The position numbers and the translations under genes are program-made. From the NCBI GenBank assembly GCA_958009085.1, contig OY253679.1, positions 248,001-312,000 of the forward strand: a stretch of DNA of 64,000 nucleotides. The letters are read 5' to 3'. Below the pieces are notes generated by a model. The model saw nothing but the letters and a program-made list of their open reading frames with translations, was not told the DNA's origin and searched no databases. This document shows, piece after piece, positions 47,764 through 61,334 of this stretch (positions are counted from its first letter, which is position 1; each line of letters opens with the position of its first letter). Origin of the DNA: Protoeuglena noctilucae (lineage: Eukaryota).

Positions 47764-50700
47764 TCACTCCTCGTCGCTGTCGTCGCTCCCCGATTGGATC
47801 TCTGGCAATGAGACGTCGTCGTCATCGTTATCACCGGCATCACGACCTCTCACTGCCACCGTCGGCAAACCCGCGTGCGTTCCCTCCACGCGACCCTCCC
47901 TGCGACACCCAAGCACACGCACTCAGTCAAACAAACGGTCCATAGCCTGACATGAGTGGCGTGACCATGCAAGTCACATTTAAACTGCGCCACTGCATCC
48001 CGCTCCATCATCCTCATCCCCATTGCTGCCCAACTCACCCGCTGCCACCCCCACCCGATGCCTGCGCGGTGCCACCCCTCTCTGCGCCCGCCATCGCCTG
48101 TGGCCCTGCAACCCTGCCAACCCCCATCGCCTGCGCCATCCGCGACATGTGAGAGTCCGCATCCTTCTTCTCACTCGCATTCACCACCGCCGCCGCACTC
48201 GCTCCCTGTCCATGCCCACTCCCAGACTCGACCGCTCGCCCTCCCTCTCCCCTTCGCTCCTCCACCCCCTCCCCGTTCCCCGCCGTCACCGCCCGCCTCT
48301 TCAACTCCCTTTGCAACCCCTCATCCCCATCTCCACCCATTGCTGCCGCCGCTGCCCTGTCTGTGCCTCCCGCCCCATTGGTCTGTGCCGCACCCCAGCT
48401 CCCCAGAAGCCCACCGTTCGAATCCCACTGATGTGCCCCGAAAGCGGCGCCGTTACTTGTACTTGCCACGCCCTGCGCGGCCGCACCCGCTGCGCCCCCC
48501 CGGGCACCATCAGCCGACGCAAAAGCGCCACGACCGTCGGCGGCAGGATTTGAACCCACGCCGGCCCCACCACCCTCCGCGACACGCACATCACCCGCAC
48601 CCGTGCTTGCACCCACAAGCCGGAACACGGGGGCCACTGGCGCCCCTCTGACGCCCGCACTTGCGTGCCAGAAACGCGGTGCAGGGAGCGAGGGAGCGTC
48701 CGCAGCGCCAGCGACGTAGGCGCCGGAGCGAGCCCGGGACCCTCCCGCGCCGCCATAGGGACCCGGCATGGGGCTGGCGCGCGGGTGCAGGAGGGCTTCC
48801 AGCGATGACAGGGCTGCGAGTGATGCAAGGATGGGAACTGTCAATGATGGGTGTGGGTGGTTGACATGGAGCTTCGTGAGATGACATGACTGAGTCTCAC
48901 CGGACTGACAGAGGCTGCGGGTGTGGGGCAGCCGGGATCGAAGGCCCGATCGGAAGAGTGACGTGGCGATGGGGAGGAAAGGCGGCCGGTGTCCGTTGGG
49001 GGACAGAATGGAGGTGAGCAGGGCGCGGAGGGCGGCGTGGTGCAGTTGACCTGAGCGAGGGTTGAGAGGGGGTGCTAAGTCAGTATCACGCGTGTGGGAC
49101 TGACCGAACTGCCCCGCAAGTTTGATGGGAATCACCCTCAGGCGTCCATGACACGTGACTGACCCTACCAGCATCACAAATACCCCCTTTCCAATCACGC
49201 AGCACGCAGCATTGCTCACCGAGGTCCTCCACCCCCGCATGCGACCCCGCGCGAGCCGAGGCGCCCAACGCTGCCCCCGTGGCCCTCGCCGCCAACGCCA
49301 CCACCGCGTCCGCCTCCGCCCGCGTGCTGCCGGGCATCCCCGCGCCCCCCGCAGCCAGCACCGCCTCGACCATCGCAAGTGCCACACACTGCGCGTCGGT
49401 CGCATCCCTCGCACGCCCCGACCCCATCGCCTCCATAGCCTCCGCCTCCGCCAGCGCCTCCGCAGACCCCTCAGCCAGCTCCAGACCCGTCACCGGCGCG
49501 TCCCCCGCTCCCTTGCGCTTCCGGGACGGCCCCGGCGATTTGCCGGTCGCGCCCACACCCGCCGACCCGAAAGCGGGTGCGGGTGCAAAGAGCTCCACGC
49601 GTGCCGCACCCATCGCGGCCGCGGCGACGCGCGCGGCGGCCACCGGCCCGGCGCAGGCCGCGAGGCTGGCCGCGAGGGCGTAGATGGCGCGGCGGAGGGT
49701 CGGGTGGGGTGCGGCGGGGGGCACGAGGGGCCCCTCGCAAGCAGCGATGGCGGACAGCGCCGCGGCGCAGAGGGCGGTGAGCGGCGCGTGGATGGTTGCG
49801 GCGGCGGCGGCGGCGAGGGGCAGGGCGTCCGCGACGAGGTGGGTGGCAGCGGCCGAAAGACGAGGGAGGGCGGCGGCTGCATCTGGGTCCGAGACGCGCG
49901 GGGTGGGCGCCAGGGCGCGCGCGGCCAGGAGAGCGAGAGGTTTGAGTGGCAGCGGGGCCGGGGCGGGTGCGGGGCCTCGGAGGAGGGTGTGGATGACGTG
50001 GAGGGCGCCGGCCATGCGGGCGGCGAGCGTGGAGGCGGGGGCGTGTCGAGAGAGGCGGAAGAGGGGCGAGGGGGCATCCAGGTCGGTCCTACGAAGGGAG
50101 ATGAGAAACAACGAAGTATGAGGAGGCACTGCAAAGGACAGCAAGGCATATTGCAATGGCATGGGTTGGATGGGATGGATGCTTGTCGCAAGGGTGGAGA
50201 GAGCTATGGAGAACTACCATCTCGTGCAGCCCGCCTGAGGAAAGCATCGCCGTTTCCGCTGCCCAAGAAGCCTCACCCGTGGCCCAGGCAGGCGCGGGCG
50301 GCAGCCGGGGGACCATCGTCGGCCTCCGCGCCCCCAGCCAGCGCATCCCACAGGGAGTGCGCCTCCGCGAAAGCGCGGCAGGCCAGGGCGCTCCACGCCT
50401 CGGCACCGCCCCCGGCCAGCGGCAGGGAGCAGAGGCATCGAGACCAGAGCGTGAGGGCGGTGGTGTCAATGGTCTCGATCAATGCGCTGCACGCGCGCGC
50501 GACGGCCCCGACGCACGCCGTCTCCGCGCGTGACATGTGGCTTTTCACCACGCCGGGCGAGACGCGCAGAATGTCTGCCAGAAGCTGCGCGGCGGTCGGC
50601 GCGGGAGCCTGCGCCTCCGCTGCCAACAGCACGGGCCCCATCGCGCGCGCGCACATCGACGATACCTGCGATGTAGGGACACGACGAGAATCTCTCTGTG

Positions 50701-51195
50701 CAAATGAAGGCAGTGCGCAGAAATGCGTGTGCCAAGCGACCCCACGCAGGCCAGGGTCCGCACCTCCTTGCGCGCCCCCGGCACATCCATCATGTGCTCC
50801 ATCCTGCCGACGATGGCCCGCATGGCGCCGCACGCGGAATCGAAAGCGTGCCCCACAGCTTCTTCCTTCATCGCGGACGCAGCCGCGGCGCCCCACGCCG
50901 CGTAGTGCGCCAGCAGGCGGTCTGTGCCGCACTGCTCCGCCGTGACCGCCACGAGCTCGGACCCCGCGCGTCGGGCGGCGGAACCCCGCGATGCCGCAAG
51001 CTTCTCGATCGCCGTACACCAGGCGTCCGCCGCCGCCCGGGCCGCCGCGTATTCTTTCGCCTGCAGCCCGGCCGGCACTTCGCACAAAAGCTGCCCGCCG
51101 GCGATGCAGGCGGCCAGGCGCGCGACATCGATGCCTTCTGCGGGACCGGACAAACTGTCCACTGCTTCCCGCAGCAGAACGGGCCGCGACGCCAT
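47764..51195 (-). CDS. PELP1: PELP1/RIX1-like pre-60S ribosome biogenesis protein
   Basis: RIX1-like AWCTAIEKL..RRAGSELVAVTAEQC..YAAW, later ALRALLTSILSP..RPPFL..LFRSG..LEALLHPRA, and an acidic C-terminus SLPEIQSGSDDSDEE as in plant PELP1. Confidence 0.75.
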
Positions 51196-51622
51196 CTGGT
51201 CTGCCCACGAACGAGCCAACAGGGGCCGTGCGCCTCCCTCTGGCCCGCGAGGAGGATGGGGAGCGGCGAGCGGCACAGGCCTAGCGCTTGACGGCCTAGA
51301 GGCAAGCAATCGCCAGGCTAAGTGCAGAAAAGGCGCGCCTCTCGGGGCTCCTGCACACCGCGCGACACGCCAGATGCGCGGTGCCCGCGTGTGTAGACAC
51401 GGTCTTATTTGGCCAGGCAGTTGTCAAGTCACAAAAGGTCTTGGGTGTAGAAGCACGGCAGCGTCGCGCACATCCGGCAGGGTTCGTTTCCACGTCGCAG
51501 TGCTTGGACCAAGCTCTTTCGTTGCTCCCGGCCATCCGCGGAGGCAGACTGGCAGCAGCAATTTGTCTCGCTGGCATCACGTAGTCTGGCACCGCCCCGA
51601 GGCTGGCGTGAAGCGGGTTGTG

Positions 51623-54201
51623 ATGGAGTTGCTCGTTGGCCATCAGTTTGTGGCCGCCCCGCGCGCCGCACCTCGGCGGTTCCAGGGGGGAGTGGGTCGC
51701 GTTCCGCATGCGCGTACTTATGTAGAGACGCGTCGCGGGGATGTGGGCGCGCGTGCGACGCCAAGTGAGCCGCGCAGGGGGTGGCAGGATGCGGGGACTT
51801 GGACGGGCGCAGCTCGCGGCCAAGGGACTCTGGTGTAATCCTAATGCGTTCGAACGCGTCATATATACTAAATGCATGTCTCTACACCATTTCCAGTTGT
51901 ATAGCCCCTTCCAAAAAGCTCCCTCCTCGCGATGTGTGCAGCGACCCGCAAGCTGCGCGGTTCGGAGGTGGATCCGGAGACGGGCTTCGTCATGACGAAG
52001 CGGGCGTATGACAGCGCCTTCTCGACGTTCCGGCAGCCCGGTGCGGATGTTGCGCGCGCGGAGGTGCGGGGGACTCTCCCGGCCTGGTTGCGGGGGTCCT
52101 ACATCCGCGACGGCCCCGGCATCTTCGACGTGAGTCGCGGGTTTCTTTGCGCATGAAAACATCCTGGCCGGTGCGGCCGTGCCCCTCTCGATGCATGCCC
52201 TCGAACCTCCTGCAGGGCATGCTGCATCTGTTCGATGGGTACGGGCTGCTGGTTAAGGTGTCGTTCGACGACCAGGGCGCCGCGTTCCACCACCGGTTCA
52301 TCGAGTCGGAGGCGTACAAGAGCTACCGGTCCACGGGCAGGATGAAGGCGAGCGGGGCAGGGGGAGCATAGGAGGGCGAGCGGGTTGCGAGTCTCGACAG
52401 CACAGCGCACGCTTACGCCTCGTTTCACACGTGACCCTGCGTCCTTGCGTCCTCTGCGACCACAGTGGCGCGAGTTCGGCACGCCGCTGCCACTGGACTC
52501 GGCCCTCAGCGCGGCGCAAGAGGTGTTACGCACGCTGGCGGGGGTGGCGGGACTGGCGGACGCCGTCACGGACAACGCGAGCGTGCACGTCGTGCCGTGG
52601 GACACCAGCCGCGGGACGGGGCTCGCGATGAGCGAGACCTTCGCGTCTTGGTACGAGTTCGATCCCCGTACTCTCCAGACAGGCGAGCTTGGATATCTCG
52701 CAGTCCATGAACGTGTGCAGCTCGATTCCAGTCGCGAACCCTTTCGTTTTCTTTCTAATTGCAGTTGGCCGCGTGAAGTTTGACCGCGACGACGTCCGCG
52801 GCACCCTGACCACGGCTCACCCGCACGTGCTCCCGACCGGCGAGTACCTCAACATCGCCAACGACCCGTCCTACCCCCTGACCGTGTTCCGCTATGCGCC
52901 CGGGTCCCGCCCGCACCGCATGGCCCTCGGGAGCGTCCCCCACCGCCGCTTCATGGCGCCCTCCTGGGTCCACGCCTTCCCCTGCTCCTCCAAGTGGGTC
53001 GTCGTTCCCCAGGCGAGGCCCCGCGTTGCTTTTCGACACACGTTAGGAATGATTGACCCAATCGTTTCTCAATTGGGACCTTTCTTGACCCGAGTGACGA
53101 CTCTTCGCCTTCGTGCGTCCGCAGTTCCCGGCCTATTTCAACCTCAAGGACCTGACCTTCGGCACCGAGGCGTCCGGGTCTTGTTTCCTGGACTGGCACC
53201 AGCAGGACGGCACGCTCTTCACGGCCGTGCGGCTGGACGGCTCCGGCGAGGTCCGCACCTTCCTGGCGCCCTCCCACTTCAGCTACCATTTTGGCAACTG
53301 TTTCGAAAGCGAGGACTGGTCGGAGATCATCTTCGACGCGTCCGTGTACGACGTGAGTGCTGTCCGATTACATATTCTCAGCGCATATGTATGATAGACG
53401 TGCGCGACGCACCTCTGCTCCATCGTCAGCCACGTTGCCGGCATGGTTGGGCATTGAGAGTGAGTGCCTGAACTGATAATGCTTAGTTGTCAATTGCAGG
53501 ACCTCGAGTCCCTCGACCGTCTCTACCTGAAGGGTCCCAAGGCGGACGCGACAAAGGAAATCCCGCCCAGCTGCATGGTGCGGTGGCGGCTGCCCTTGGC
53601 CAAGGGCGGCCGCGACGAGGCCTCTGCGCTGCGCGTGCCCATGGCGCGGCCAGCGATCGACCCGGACGCCATCGGCCGGGGCTTCGAGTTCCCCTCGGTC
53701 CACCCGGCGTACCGCGGGCGCCGCAACCGCTACACGTGGGCCGTGTGCGGCAACCGCCCCACACGCTTCCTCAACGCCCTGTGCAAGGTCGACGCCGAGA
53801 CGGGCGAGGCGCGCGTCTGGAGCGAGTGGGGGGCGCTGCCCGGGGAGCCGTGCTTTGTGCCGCGGCCGGGAGGGACCGCCGAGGACGATGGGTGCGTGGA
53901 ACGTGCTGGGAACGTGCTATGTGCCACGTTCTGCACAGCACGTTTGCATCCTGCCGCTTGCCTCTCTCTTTCTATCGCTCGTTCGACACCGCCGCATCCT
54001 TTCCCTTCACGCGTGCCCCGCCCATCACACGCTTGCCCTTGCTGCGTGTGCTGCAGGGCGGTGCTGAGCCTGGTGACGGGCGCGGACGGTCAGTCCTTCA
54101 TGGTGGTCCTCGACGCGGCGTCGATGGAGGAACTGGCACGGTGCTCGGTGCCCTACGCCGTGCCTTACATGTTCCACGGGAGCTGGTTTGGCAGCTTCTG
54201 A
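51623..54201 (+). CDS. CCD8: Carotenoid cleavage oxygenase, CCD8/MAX4-like
   Basis: GTLPAWLRGSYIRDGPG, HLFDGY, HRFIESEAYK..WREF, TDNA, EFPSVHPAYRG, PGEPCFVPRPGGTAEDDG; four candidate Fe-binding His (AHP, WVH, YHF, FHG). Family assignment is strong; CCD8 orthology is judged by eye. Confidence 0.8.
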
Positions 54202-54527
54202 TCTACTCCTTCTAGGGCCATGGGCCAGGGGGCATAAGTGTTTTACACTTGCGTATTCCAATCAAATTGCAAAACTTTGGGTGGCTTCTCTTGCGGCTTT
54301 CTCTTGCATCGCTTCGTGCGGGCGGCGACGTGGATGGCGCTGCAGCATGCATCGGCTGCGTAGATGGCAGGGGCCCGTGTGAAGAGCCGCGAAAGGGCGA
54401 GAGAGTACGAGTGCGCCATTCAAGAGAGGCCGTTAGCGATAAGCATAGCTAAGGAAATCGGAAAGACCCTTTGACCCACCATCAAGCTGCGACTGTGGGG
54501 CTTTGCTCGATGCCACCGCAGCGGCCC

Positions 54528-55294
54528 TCACAGGTTAGGGTCATCGTCCAAGCCGCTGTTGAGCGTGTAGAGCCCCAAAGCAGGCCCCACAAAGCGGAAG
54601 ACGACCCACGCAATGCCCAGCCCAATGCTCGAGTACCACGCAGCCTGAGAGGCCCAGTAGAGCAGCCCCCGCTCCCCGGCGTACAGCTCGTAGATCTTCT
54701 GGCCCGTGTTCATCTCTTCCTGCGTTGAAATGAGACGCAGAAGCGGTTACTGGAGGGTTTGCGCAGGGGCTCTGCACGCGAAGGGTGGCCTCGCCAAGGC
54801 ACCTTCAGGACCGCCAATCTCTTGCATTCCAGCTCATGCGGCGCTCACCCATCCCTCAGGGAACAGCTGCCCTTGCTTCCACTGGGCCATGCCTGTGCGG
54901 CCCGAGCCACCTGCATCCCGCGATGCGCTGCCCGGGCCCCGCGGGGGCTTCGGCTTCTTGCGCCCGCGAACGCTCGCTTCCAGGAGCTCCGCCCTCTCCT
55001 GCGTATACACTTCACCACCTTCGCAAGAGCTGGAGCTGAGCGGCGGCGGCGCGACCCCGCAGCGGAGGCGTGGGTCACGAAGATGCGCGAAGCAGCGCAC
55101 AGACATCGCGAGCGCCACGCCCCGCGCACCTCCGCCTCCTTCACGGCATTTGGGCTCTCTCCACTCTCTGCCCGGCAGGCCATCCGGCGACCAGAGGGCA
55201 GGGACTGCGTCCTAAGCACGCAGCGGACGACTGCGGTCCCGCGGGCCGGGGCGAGTCCCCCGGCCACACTAGCACGTCCGCTCGCCGTCTGCAT
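54528..55294 (-). CDS. Small single-TM protein of unknown function, probable plastid transit peptide
   Basis: Three-exon model: MQTASGRASV..; ..WKQGQLFPEGW; EEMNTGQKIYELYAGERGLLYW..IAWVVFRFVGPALGLY. A TGTAA lies downstream on the minus strand at ~54243-54247. Confidence 0.65.
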
Positions 55295-56068
55295 TGCAGC
55301 GATGCAGCCGGGACGACGGGGGCAGGCGAGCCACGCCGACTCGCGCGTCGCGGGGAGATAACGCTGGAGCGCCTCGGTGTGGCCCGCTCGCGGTTTCCGT
55401 AGCCGTGTCGAAGATGGGACGTGCCGCGCGCCATAAAGGGATTGAAATACCTGTATCGGGTGCACCTTACGGCTGGATCGGATGCGCAGGGCGTGACACA
55501 TGTTGCTCTGGCAAGAACATTTCGCAAGATGAGCCTGGATAGCACCAAGGAGCTCAGCAGTTGCTTCCTTGCCGAGCGCCTGAGGTGTCCTGTCTGCCTT
55601 GTGCGAGAGGGTGCTGTGGATTTTGCTGCAGTGCTTGTAACATCTCCGCGTGACCTGGAGCATCGAAGGTGCGACACAGAAGCAAGCTAGTCCTTCGTGG
55701 AGCCCATTGCCAGCGACGCCGCGCACCGGCGCTGGCGCAGCGCCCGTGTGGGTTTTGCATGTCAAGAAAAAAACGCACAGCTGAATGACAACCATGCGCC
55801 GCGCTCGCCATGCGTGGGAAGCCTCATCCCGCTACCTTATGCATTGTATAAGGACTGGCGAGCGCGAGCAGCGCCCCACCCTTCTCTTCCGGCGCTGCGG
55901 CGCCTCGCGCGTACACATGTGTGCGCTGGCCTCCCGGGCTCGCAGACCGACGAGCGCGGCAGGGGAAGGGACCCTTGGCGAGCTTACTTGAGTCAGCAGG
56001 CTGAGGAGGCGAGCTTGCGCTCGATTGACGGGGCCGGGGCCGCGAGGGGGTGCACGGTGGTGGGCGCC

Positions 56069-58850
56069 ATGGCGAGCGACGAGCGGATCGAGGAGGTCTT
56101 CGTGGAGACCAGCGACGACGACTTCCAATACGAGGAGGTCGAAATCGAGAGGTGACGCTCCCTTTCGCGCGAGATTTTCGCTCCGCGTGCGCCGGCTGGG
56201 AGGGGACCGAAGCGCCCGACCTTTCGCTCGCCCGCGCGCACCGCTGGCGCCCGTGACCCCCGCAGCGAGGGGGACGATGAGCTTGACTTGTTGTCAGAGG
56301 ACCTGGAGGCCGCGCTGCGGTCTCTGGGTCGCGCAAAGCTCCCGGACGCGACCGAGGGGTCCCGCGGCGCCAAAGCGGAGGACGGGCCGCGGCCGGGCGA
56401 GACCGTGACCCGGCACGAGGTGGTCGACGACTTCGTCCGTAACTTTCTGCTGCGCATGGGGATGTCCGCGACGCTCGACTCCTTCGAGGCGGAGTGGGTG
56501 AGCCCTCGGCCCTTCCAGTCACTCTGCATGCGGTTGCCCTGCGATCCTTTGGCGCGCCAGGGGCCCCCGACGTCATCTCATCTCTATCCTGGCTTTCTCC
56601 TCTTGCTTCCGACAGGGTTGCATAGGAAGCTGGGGGCTGGTGGTGTTCTCAGATACAATCCGTCCGCCCTTCCGCCGTTTGTCGCAGTACAAGCTCAAGA
56701 CGGAGGGCCGTCTGGCGGACGTGGGCCGCGTGCCGGACGTGTACGTGCAGAACCAGGCGCTGGACCGGCGCGTGCACGAGCTGATGGATGAGCTGGACCA
56801 GACGCGGGCGCTGGCGGCCAAGGCGACGGCGACGTGGGACCAGCTACGCAAGGAGCGGGACTTCCACAAGATGCACCACAAGCGCGTGGTGCAGGAGAAG
56901 AACAAGCTCATTGGGGACATCAAGCGTGTCAAGAAGCACTACACGCAGTACGAGCCAGTCATCAAGGAGCTGAGGAGCAAGTACGAGGTGGCGATCAAGG
57001 AGAAGATGCTCGTCACGCTCGAGCGGGACCGCCTCATGGCCCGCATCGACGCGCTGGAGGCGGAGTTGGATGAGCGGAGGCCGCAGGATGCGATGGGCGG
57101 CATGGCGAGCATGGACTCGGAAGTTGCCTCCCCAAAGAACGCGGCGGGGGCCACGGCGGGCGCCACGGCCAAGGCCGGCAAGACCAAGAGCGGCCTGCCC
57201 CCCACCGATCCGCCCAACCCCTTCGCCAACCTCAAGTGAGCCAGCCCGACGCGAGTGCATGTGCGCGAGAGGGCGTGGGTTATGGCAGGCATTGCAGCTG
57301 ACTGCACGCCCTTTCCCTCTTCCCAGGTTCCCTGCATACGACACCAAGCACGTCCGCCTGTCCCGGTCCTTCAAGGCCCACTCCATGCCCATCTCGTCGC
57401 TCGCGCTGCACCCCACGCGCCCGATCCTCGTCACGTGCTCCGACGACCGCACCTGGAAGATGTGGCACGTGTCGTCGGGGGAGCTCATCATGGCCGGCGA
57501 GGGACACCGGGACTGGGTGGCGGGCGCCGACTTCCACCCCAAGGGCACGCACCTGGCGTCTGGGTCGGGTGATATGACGGTCAAGATCTGGGACTTCGAG
57601 AAGCAGCGGTGCGTGCTGACGTTCACCAAGCACGCCCAGGCCGTCTGGGACGTGGCGTTCCACCACTCGGGGGACGCGGTGGCCTCGGCCTCCCTCGACC
57701 ACTCGGCACGGTGAGGGCAGAGGGGTGGTGCTTGGGTGGGGGTTGATGCTGGGGTGTTGGGGTGGTGCGTGGGCCGGGGATGATGTTGGGGTGTTGGGGT
57801 GTCGGGGTGGTGTTGGGGTGGGTGGTGATGCAATGGGGTGGCGCAGGGGCGGTGGGTGATAAGGTGGTGGCTGTGTGTGACCCGCCGCCCGTCCCTCGTC
57901 TCCCCAGGCTTTGGGACATCGTGGAGGGCAAGTGCAAGCAGGTGTTCAAGGGCCACGTGGACTCTGTCAACGCCTGCTGCTGGCAGCCCTACACTTGCCA
58001 CCTGTGCACGGCGTCGTCAGACAAGACCGTGTCGATCTGGGACGCACGCACCGGGCTCTGCGCCCAGACCTTCTACGGGCACCAGAACTCGTGCAGCCAC
58101 GCCGCGTTCAGGTGACCAAGGGTTGGGCTGTGATGTGAGGGCTTGCGCAGCCACGCGGCGTTAAGGTGAGGGGCTGCGGGGGTTGCTGGGATGTGAGGGC
58201 AGCCACGCCGCGTTCAGGTGACCAAGGGTTGGGCTGTGATGTGAGGGCTTGCGCAGCCACGCGGCGTTAAGGTGAGGGGCTGCGGGGGTTGCTGGGATGT
58301 GAGGGCAGCCATGCGGCGTTCAGGTGACGAATGGCTGGGCTGAGATGTGAGGGCTTGTGCAGCTATACGTTGTTCAGACGACGACACGCTCGTGACCCTG
58401 GCCATCTGAACTGCACTGCCCGACAGTGGCCGTGAGCATCTAACAGAGCACTTCTTGACAGTGTCAGCCACAGCGTGAGCGACTGGCTCGGCAGCAAAGC
58501 CAGAGTCGACAACAACGTACCCCTACCCCCGCCGCAGCCTGAACGGCGCCTCGCTGGTTTCCTGCGACGCGGACGGGGTGGTGAAGGTGTGGGACGCGCG
58601 GATGGTGTCCGAGGTGACGTCCTACGACGCCGGTCCCCACCCCGCCAACGGCGTCGCCATCGACAGGTCCGGGGAGGTCGTGGCGGTGGCCTGCGACGAC
58701 GGCAAGATGAGGATGTTCGATGCACGGTCGGCCGTGCAGCTGGCCGAGTGCGGTGGCCACGACGACGCCGTCCAGAGCGTGCTGTTCGACTTTGCGGGGG
58801 AGATGGTCATCACGTCTGGCTCGGACAACACCTTCCGCATCTGGGCCTAG
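56069..58850 (+). CDS. PF20: Flagellar central-pair WD40 protein PF20/SPAG16
   Basis: EVVDDFVRNFLLRMGM..TLDSFEAEW, KERDFHKMHHKRVVQEKNKLI..KKHYTQYEP, then WD40 repeats ending DNTFRIWA; six exons. Confidence 0.92.
58095..58380 (+). repeat. Intronic tandem array, 106-bp period made of two ~53-bp subunits, each starting with the exon end and donor
   Basis: AGCCAYGCSGCGTTCAG|GTGAC at 58095, 58201 and 58307, with alternating AGCCACGCGGCGTTAAG|GTGAG copies between them. Confidence 0.9.
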
Positions 58851-59355
58851 ATAGCCCAGGAGTCATTCACTGTTTGAACGACGCAACGGAGACGGAGTGT
58901 CACTCTGCCGATGCTGACCGCCTCTCTTGGCAGCCGCAGAGCTGCCGTTTTGGCGCTACCAGCCCCACTCTTCACGCCGCTGCCTCCGCCAGTTGCCGTG
59001 AAAGCTAAGATGGCCATGAGCAGCGCTTGGCATGCACCGCGCTTCAACGCTGCTCGCTGAGATTGCCCACAGGCATGGCTAGCTGCCTTAGCCCGGCGCC
59101 GACCTGGCAGGCCCCTTCGCTGCAGCCAGCGGCACCTCAGCTGACATCGCGGGCGACTAGGCATCGTGAGCAGCAGTGGCCGTGCGTGGGGCGTGACCAG
59201 GGTGCCGAGGAGCACATGCGTAGTTCCCCCTCGGGGGAGCCTGGAGGGTGCGAGTCAAAAGCGGCATGCAGGTGCTGCCCTCAGTGTGTCTAGGAGGACT
59301 TGAATCGAGCTGCACATCACGCTAACACCCCCACCAGTCCTCCATCCTTGCCACG

Positions 59356-60916
59356 TCACCCCAGCCCCTCGCCTATCTTAGCCAGCTCCCTCGCCACTGC
59401 CGGCATGTCGGGCCGCTCCCCCGGCTCCTGCGCCCAGCACCGCGCCACCAGCGCCCGCACTCCCTCGGGTGCCGACAGCGCCATCTCCGGCCGCCCGCCC
59501 GCCACCACCTTCTCCCGGATCTCTGCCGGCTGCGAGGTCTCCCCGAACGGCTTCCGTCGGGAGAACATCTCGTTCAGGAGCACCCCGAAAGCGTACACGT
59601 CGACCTTGGCAGAGAAGGGCCGCTCCTCAAACAGCTCGGGAGCCATGAAGGCCGGTGTGCCCCACCCCGAGTGCTGCGGCGGGGTGACGAGGGGCCAGGG
59701 TGATGGGGACGTGTGGCAAGCGTAGCAAGGGGTCGGGAGGTGACCTGACCACACCCACTAACCCATTCACAACGACCCCCTCACCTTGGCATCAGCCGAG
59801 GCGAGGCCGAAGTCGGTGATTTTGACGTTCATGGCCCGATCGACCAGGAAGTTGCTGGGCTTGACGTCCCGATGAATCACTTGGGGCTTACGCGAGTGCA
59901 GGAAACAGAGGGCGTTGGCCGCGTCCTGTGCCATGGCTGCCACCTGGGAGGTGTGGACGGAAAAGGGCGAGGGCGTCGGCGGAGGGAATCGATGGGAGAC
60001 GTCGCTGTGTCGAAGTGCGGACCGGGAGAGATCCGCACATGAGGGATGCATGCCATGCCATCATCATAGGGCCAGGGCACAGGTCGTGTCCTCGTGCATG
60101 ACGCGGGCCACTCACCTTCCCCGGCGTAAGGCGGCTGGCCAGCTGTGGCTGGTACAGCACCTGCTCCAGTGAGTAGGGGAGGAGCTCTGTGGGCACGGGG
60201 AGCCGTGGCGGATTGTAGCGAATGCAAATGGCGCCGATGGGGCTTTGTCCGATGACGCCCTGCACAGCAAAAGACGTCGGCACAAGGTGCTTCGTGGCGC
60301 AGTCGATGCGCATGTTACGTCGCTTACCAGTGACCATCAGCAGTTCCGGTGGCTGACGGCAAACGCCGAGGAATTGGACCACGTTTGGGTGCCGCAGATC
60401 CGAGTGCGTCAGTGCCTCGCGGTGAAACTCGGCCTCCACCTCGGCGCCGCGCGCGGGATCAAACCATCGCTTGATGGCGACCTGAGGCGGCCGGCGGGGC
60501 ATCGCGGGGTCGCGCGACGGGGCAGCCAGGGCCTGCGCAACATGCCGGGCCCGAGCGCGGGGCCGAGCCGCACGTGCTGATGCTACAAAGCAGACTGGCA
60601 GATGCCTATTTAGGTAGACAAAGCACTCGCGATCGCGATCGGCTCAGAATGTGGCGCGGGCGGGCGGTTTCCTCTCGCGGACAGCTGGGCCCGCCCGACA
60701 CGCATCCCCCGCAGATCTGAGAGAAATGCGCGCCGAAGCAAGCAGCACAAATTGAATTGACCCTGAGTGGATATCCTTCCGCCTGCCGGGCCTTGCCTTC
60801 GCGCCGTGGTAGGTCCCCTTGTACACTACACTGAACCCGCCCCCCCCGATGCGGTTATCTTCGTCGAAGTCATCGTGGTTCAGCTCAGGGAGGGGTATCT
60901 CCACCAGTCGTGACAT
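59356..60916 (-). CDS. Single-domain tyrosine-kinase-like (TKL/MAP3K-type) Ser/Thr kinase
   Basis: IGGGGFSVVYKG..VAIK, LRHPNVVQFLG, IHRDVKPSNFL, DFG, GTPAFMAPE, DVYAFG, CW..P.ERP; GC donor at 60796. Confidence 0.9.
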
Positions 60917-61334
60917 GGCGCGGACCCCGCCGATGACGGCGACCGATTCCCCGCGCCTGCGCAGACCACGCTGAGTGTGTTTGGGCACCCGGCGTCAATC
61001 TGGTGACGAATTCGGATAATGGATGCACTGGAAGCGGCAAACGAACGAGAGCTTTTGTCACATGTAGGCATTTGAATGAAAAATGGTTTGTTTTCGCGCA
61101 TTCAGTCGCGTCCGTGCCAGACGGCAAGTTGCAAGCGTTGTCCTTGATGACCCTCGACCCGCGCCATCCCCACCACATCTGCGTTGAACGCTGTAAGCCG
61201 CGACTCGGCAAATTCGCTCTGCGCGCTGGGAGAGCGCGCAGAGGATGCTGTGCTAAAGTTTCTGCCCAGTGGGCAGCGCAGCAGTTCAAGCTATACCGCG
61301 GCTTGCCACGCTCGTAACGAAGGACGGAACAGAG

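Noticed and set aside
49155..50945. 596-aa plus-strand ORF and many other long ORF-track entries
   Set aside because: Antisense or shifted-frame shadows of recognisable genes in high-GC DNA; Arg/Pro/Gly-rich with no motifs.
58095..58380. Possible CRISPR array
   Set aside because: The 'spacers' themselves repeat, the array is inside a spliceosomal intron and no cas genes are present.
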